Shown here piece by piece: positions 62,915 to 64,000 of a stretch of DNA of 64,000 nucleotides. How positions within the stretch are numbered: position 1 is the stretch's first letter; each line of letters starts with the position of its first letter. The stretch lies in the NCBI RefSeq assembly GCF_009914755.1, contig NC_060933.1. One strand, written 5' to 3'. Below the pieces are notes generated by a model. That model did no database searches and was not told the origin of the DNA. It was given only the letters and a program-made list of their open reading frames with translations. This DNA is from the human T2T-CHM13v2.0 reference genome, Homo sapiens. The position numbers and the translations under genes are program-made.

Positions 62915-63227
62915 TTTGTTGTTGTTGTTGTTGTTGTTGTTGTTGAGACAGGGTCTGTCTCTGTCACCCAGGCTGGAATGCATTGATGTAATCATGGCTC
63001 ATTGCAGCCTCGACCTCCTGGGTTCAGGCAATCCTCCCGCCTCAGCCTCCTGAATAGCTGGGACCACACGCGTATGCCACCATACCTGGCTTATTTTTTA
63101 ACTTTTTTGTAGAAAGGAGGTCTCATTATGTTGCTCAGACTGTTCTTCAACTCCTGAGCTCAAGGGATACTCCCACCCCAGCCTCCTAAAGTGCTGGGAT
63201 TACAGACATGAGCCACTGCACCCAGCC
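62915..63227 (-). mobile_element. Alu (AluJ-like) with (TTG)n tail
   Basis: Antisense dimer. Confidence 0.9.
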
Positions 63228-64000
63228 TGCCTTTCACTCTTGAAAGTGTCCCAGTTTGGGTGATAAACCATCTGGTCACCTTAAACTTGAATGCTATGAA
63301 GTTCACAGTAAGAATTCCCTGCTGTTTTATTGCCTTTTATATCCTAACTGGCTAAGTTAAAGGATTTCTGGAGTTGAAGCCCAGATGCTGAAAGTTGCTT
63401 TCAAAATATATGGTGGTAAAGAAAGGAAGAAAGCAAATGGATATCTGGCAGCCTGGCTTCTCACTTGGCATCTCCCAGGCTTTCCCTTTTGTTTACACCT
63501 GAACTGCGTGGAGCACTGGCTCAGCTGCTGTATTAGGCTGCAGCTATTCTACTGGGCTCTTCACTGTATTAGACAGTGGGATGATGCCCGGCCCTGGGTA
63601 GCTGCTGCAGACATTTCCACTGCTGAACCTCACTGTAGGGGAGCCAGCAGCTCCTTTCGTGAGCCTGCAGGATTTTTCCCTGGCTACTCAGTCACTTTCA
63701 CCAGCCCTTCTTTGAAGCCCCACTTCAAAGGATAAAGTTTGCCTTAAGAATTTTCTGAAAGTTAAATCATTTTGAAACTTGGTGCTCTAGGTGTCTGGTT
63801 TCTTTTCTCCCAGTGACTCTGCTCTATACATCAGCAGTTTTGGTAGAATTTAGCCAAGTGGGTGCCCCACACTCTGATGTGGATGGGGAAGAACAAGTAG
63901 AACCACTTAGCATGTGACCCACGCGAGTGTTTGCTGAACACACTCTACTTGTCACTTGTGTATGTCTTTTGTGTTGGAGTGCAGATGATAGGGAAAAATA

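Overview
Hominoid (human or great-ape) genomic DNA from the AKAP2 portion of the PALM2AKAP2 locus, transcribed on the + strand. It contains the 2,413-nt coding exon (41651-44063) with the MEIEV start, a short CAG/polyQ tract and the PKA-RII-binding amphipathic helix. The next 179-nt coding exon (61844-62022) joins it in frame. A GC-rich candidate alternative first exon ends at a strong donor at 31100. The rest is intron, with about 25 Alus, one antisense SVA with a perfect 16-bp target-site duplication (TSD), MaLR LTRs, L1/L2/MIR remnants and microsatellites. All other ORFs in the track look non-coding. I find no well-supported new gene or system. The most interesting unexplained signals are: (i) two ~80-bp sequences copied 0.7-1.0 kb downstream into old transposons, one followed by overlapping perfect palindromes (templated-insertion/fold-back repair scars); (ii) a 150-nt, stop-free, phase-0/0 candidate exon at 30951-31100; (iii) the large exon has the layout of an AUG-containing circRNA that would encode a 773-aa AKAP2 with a new C-terminus. 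Repeat boundaries and subfamilies were called by eye and are approximate.
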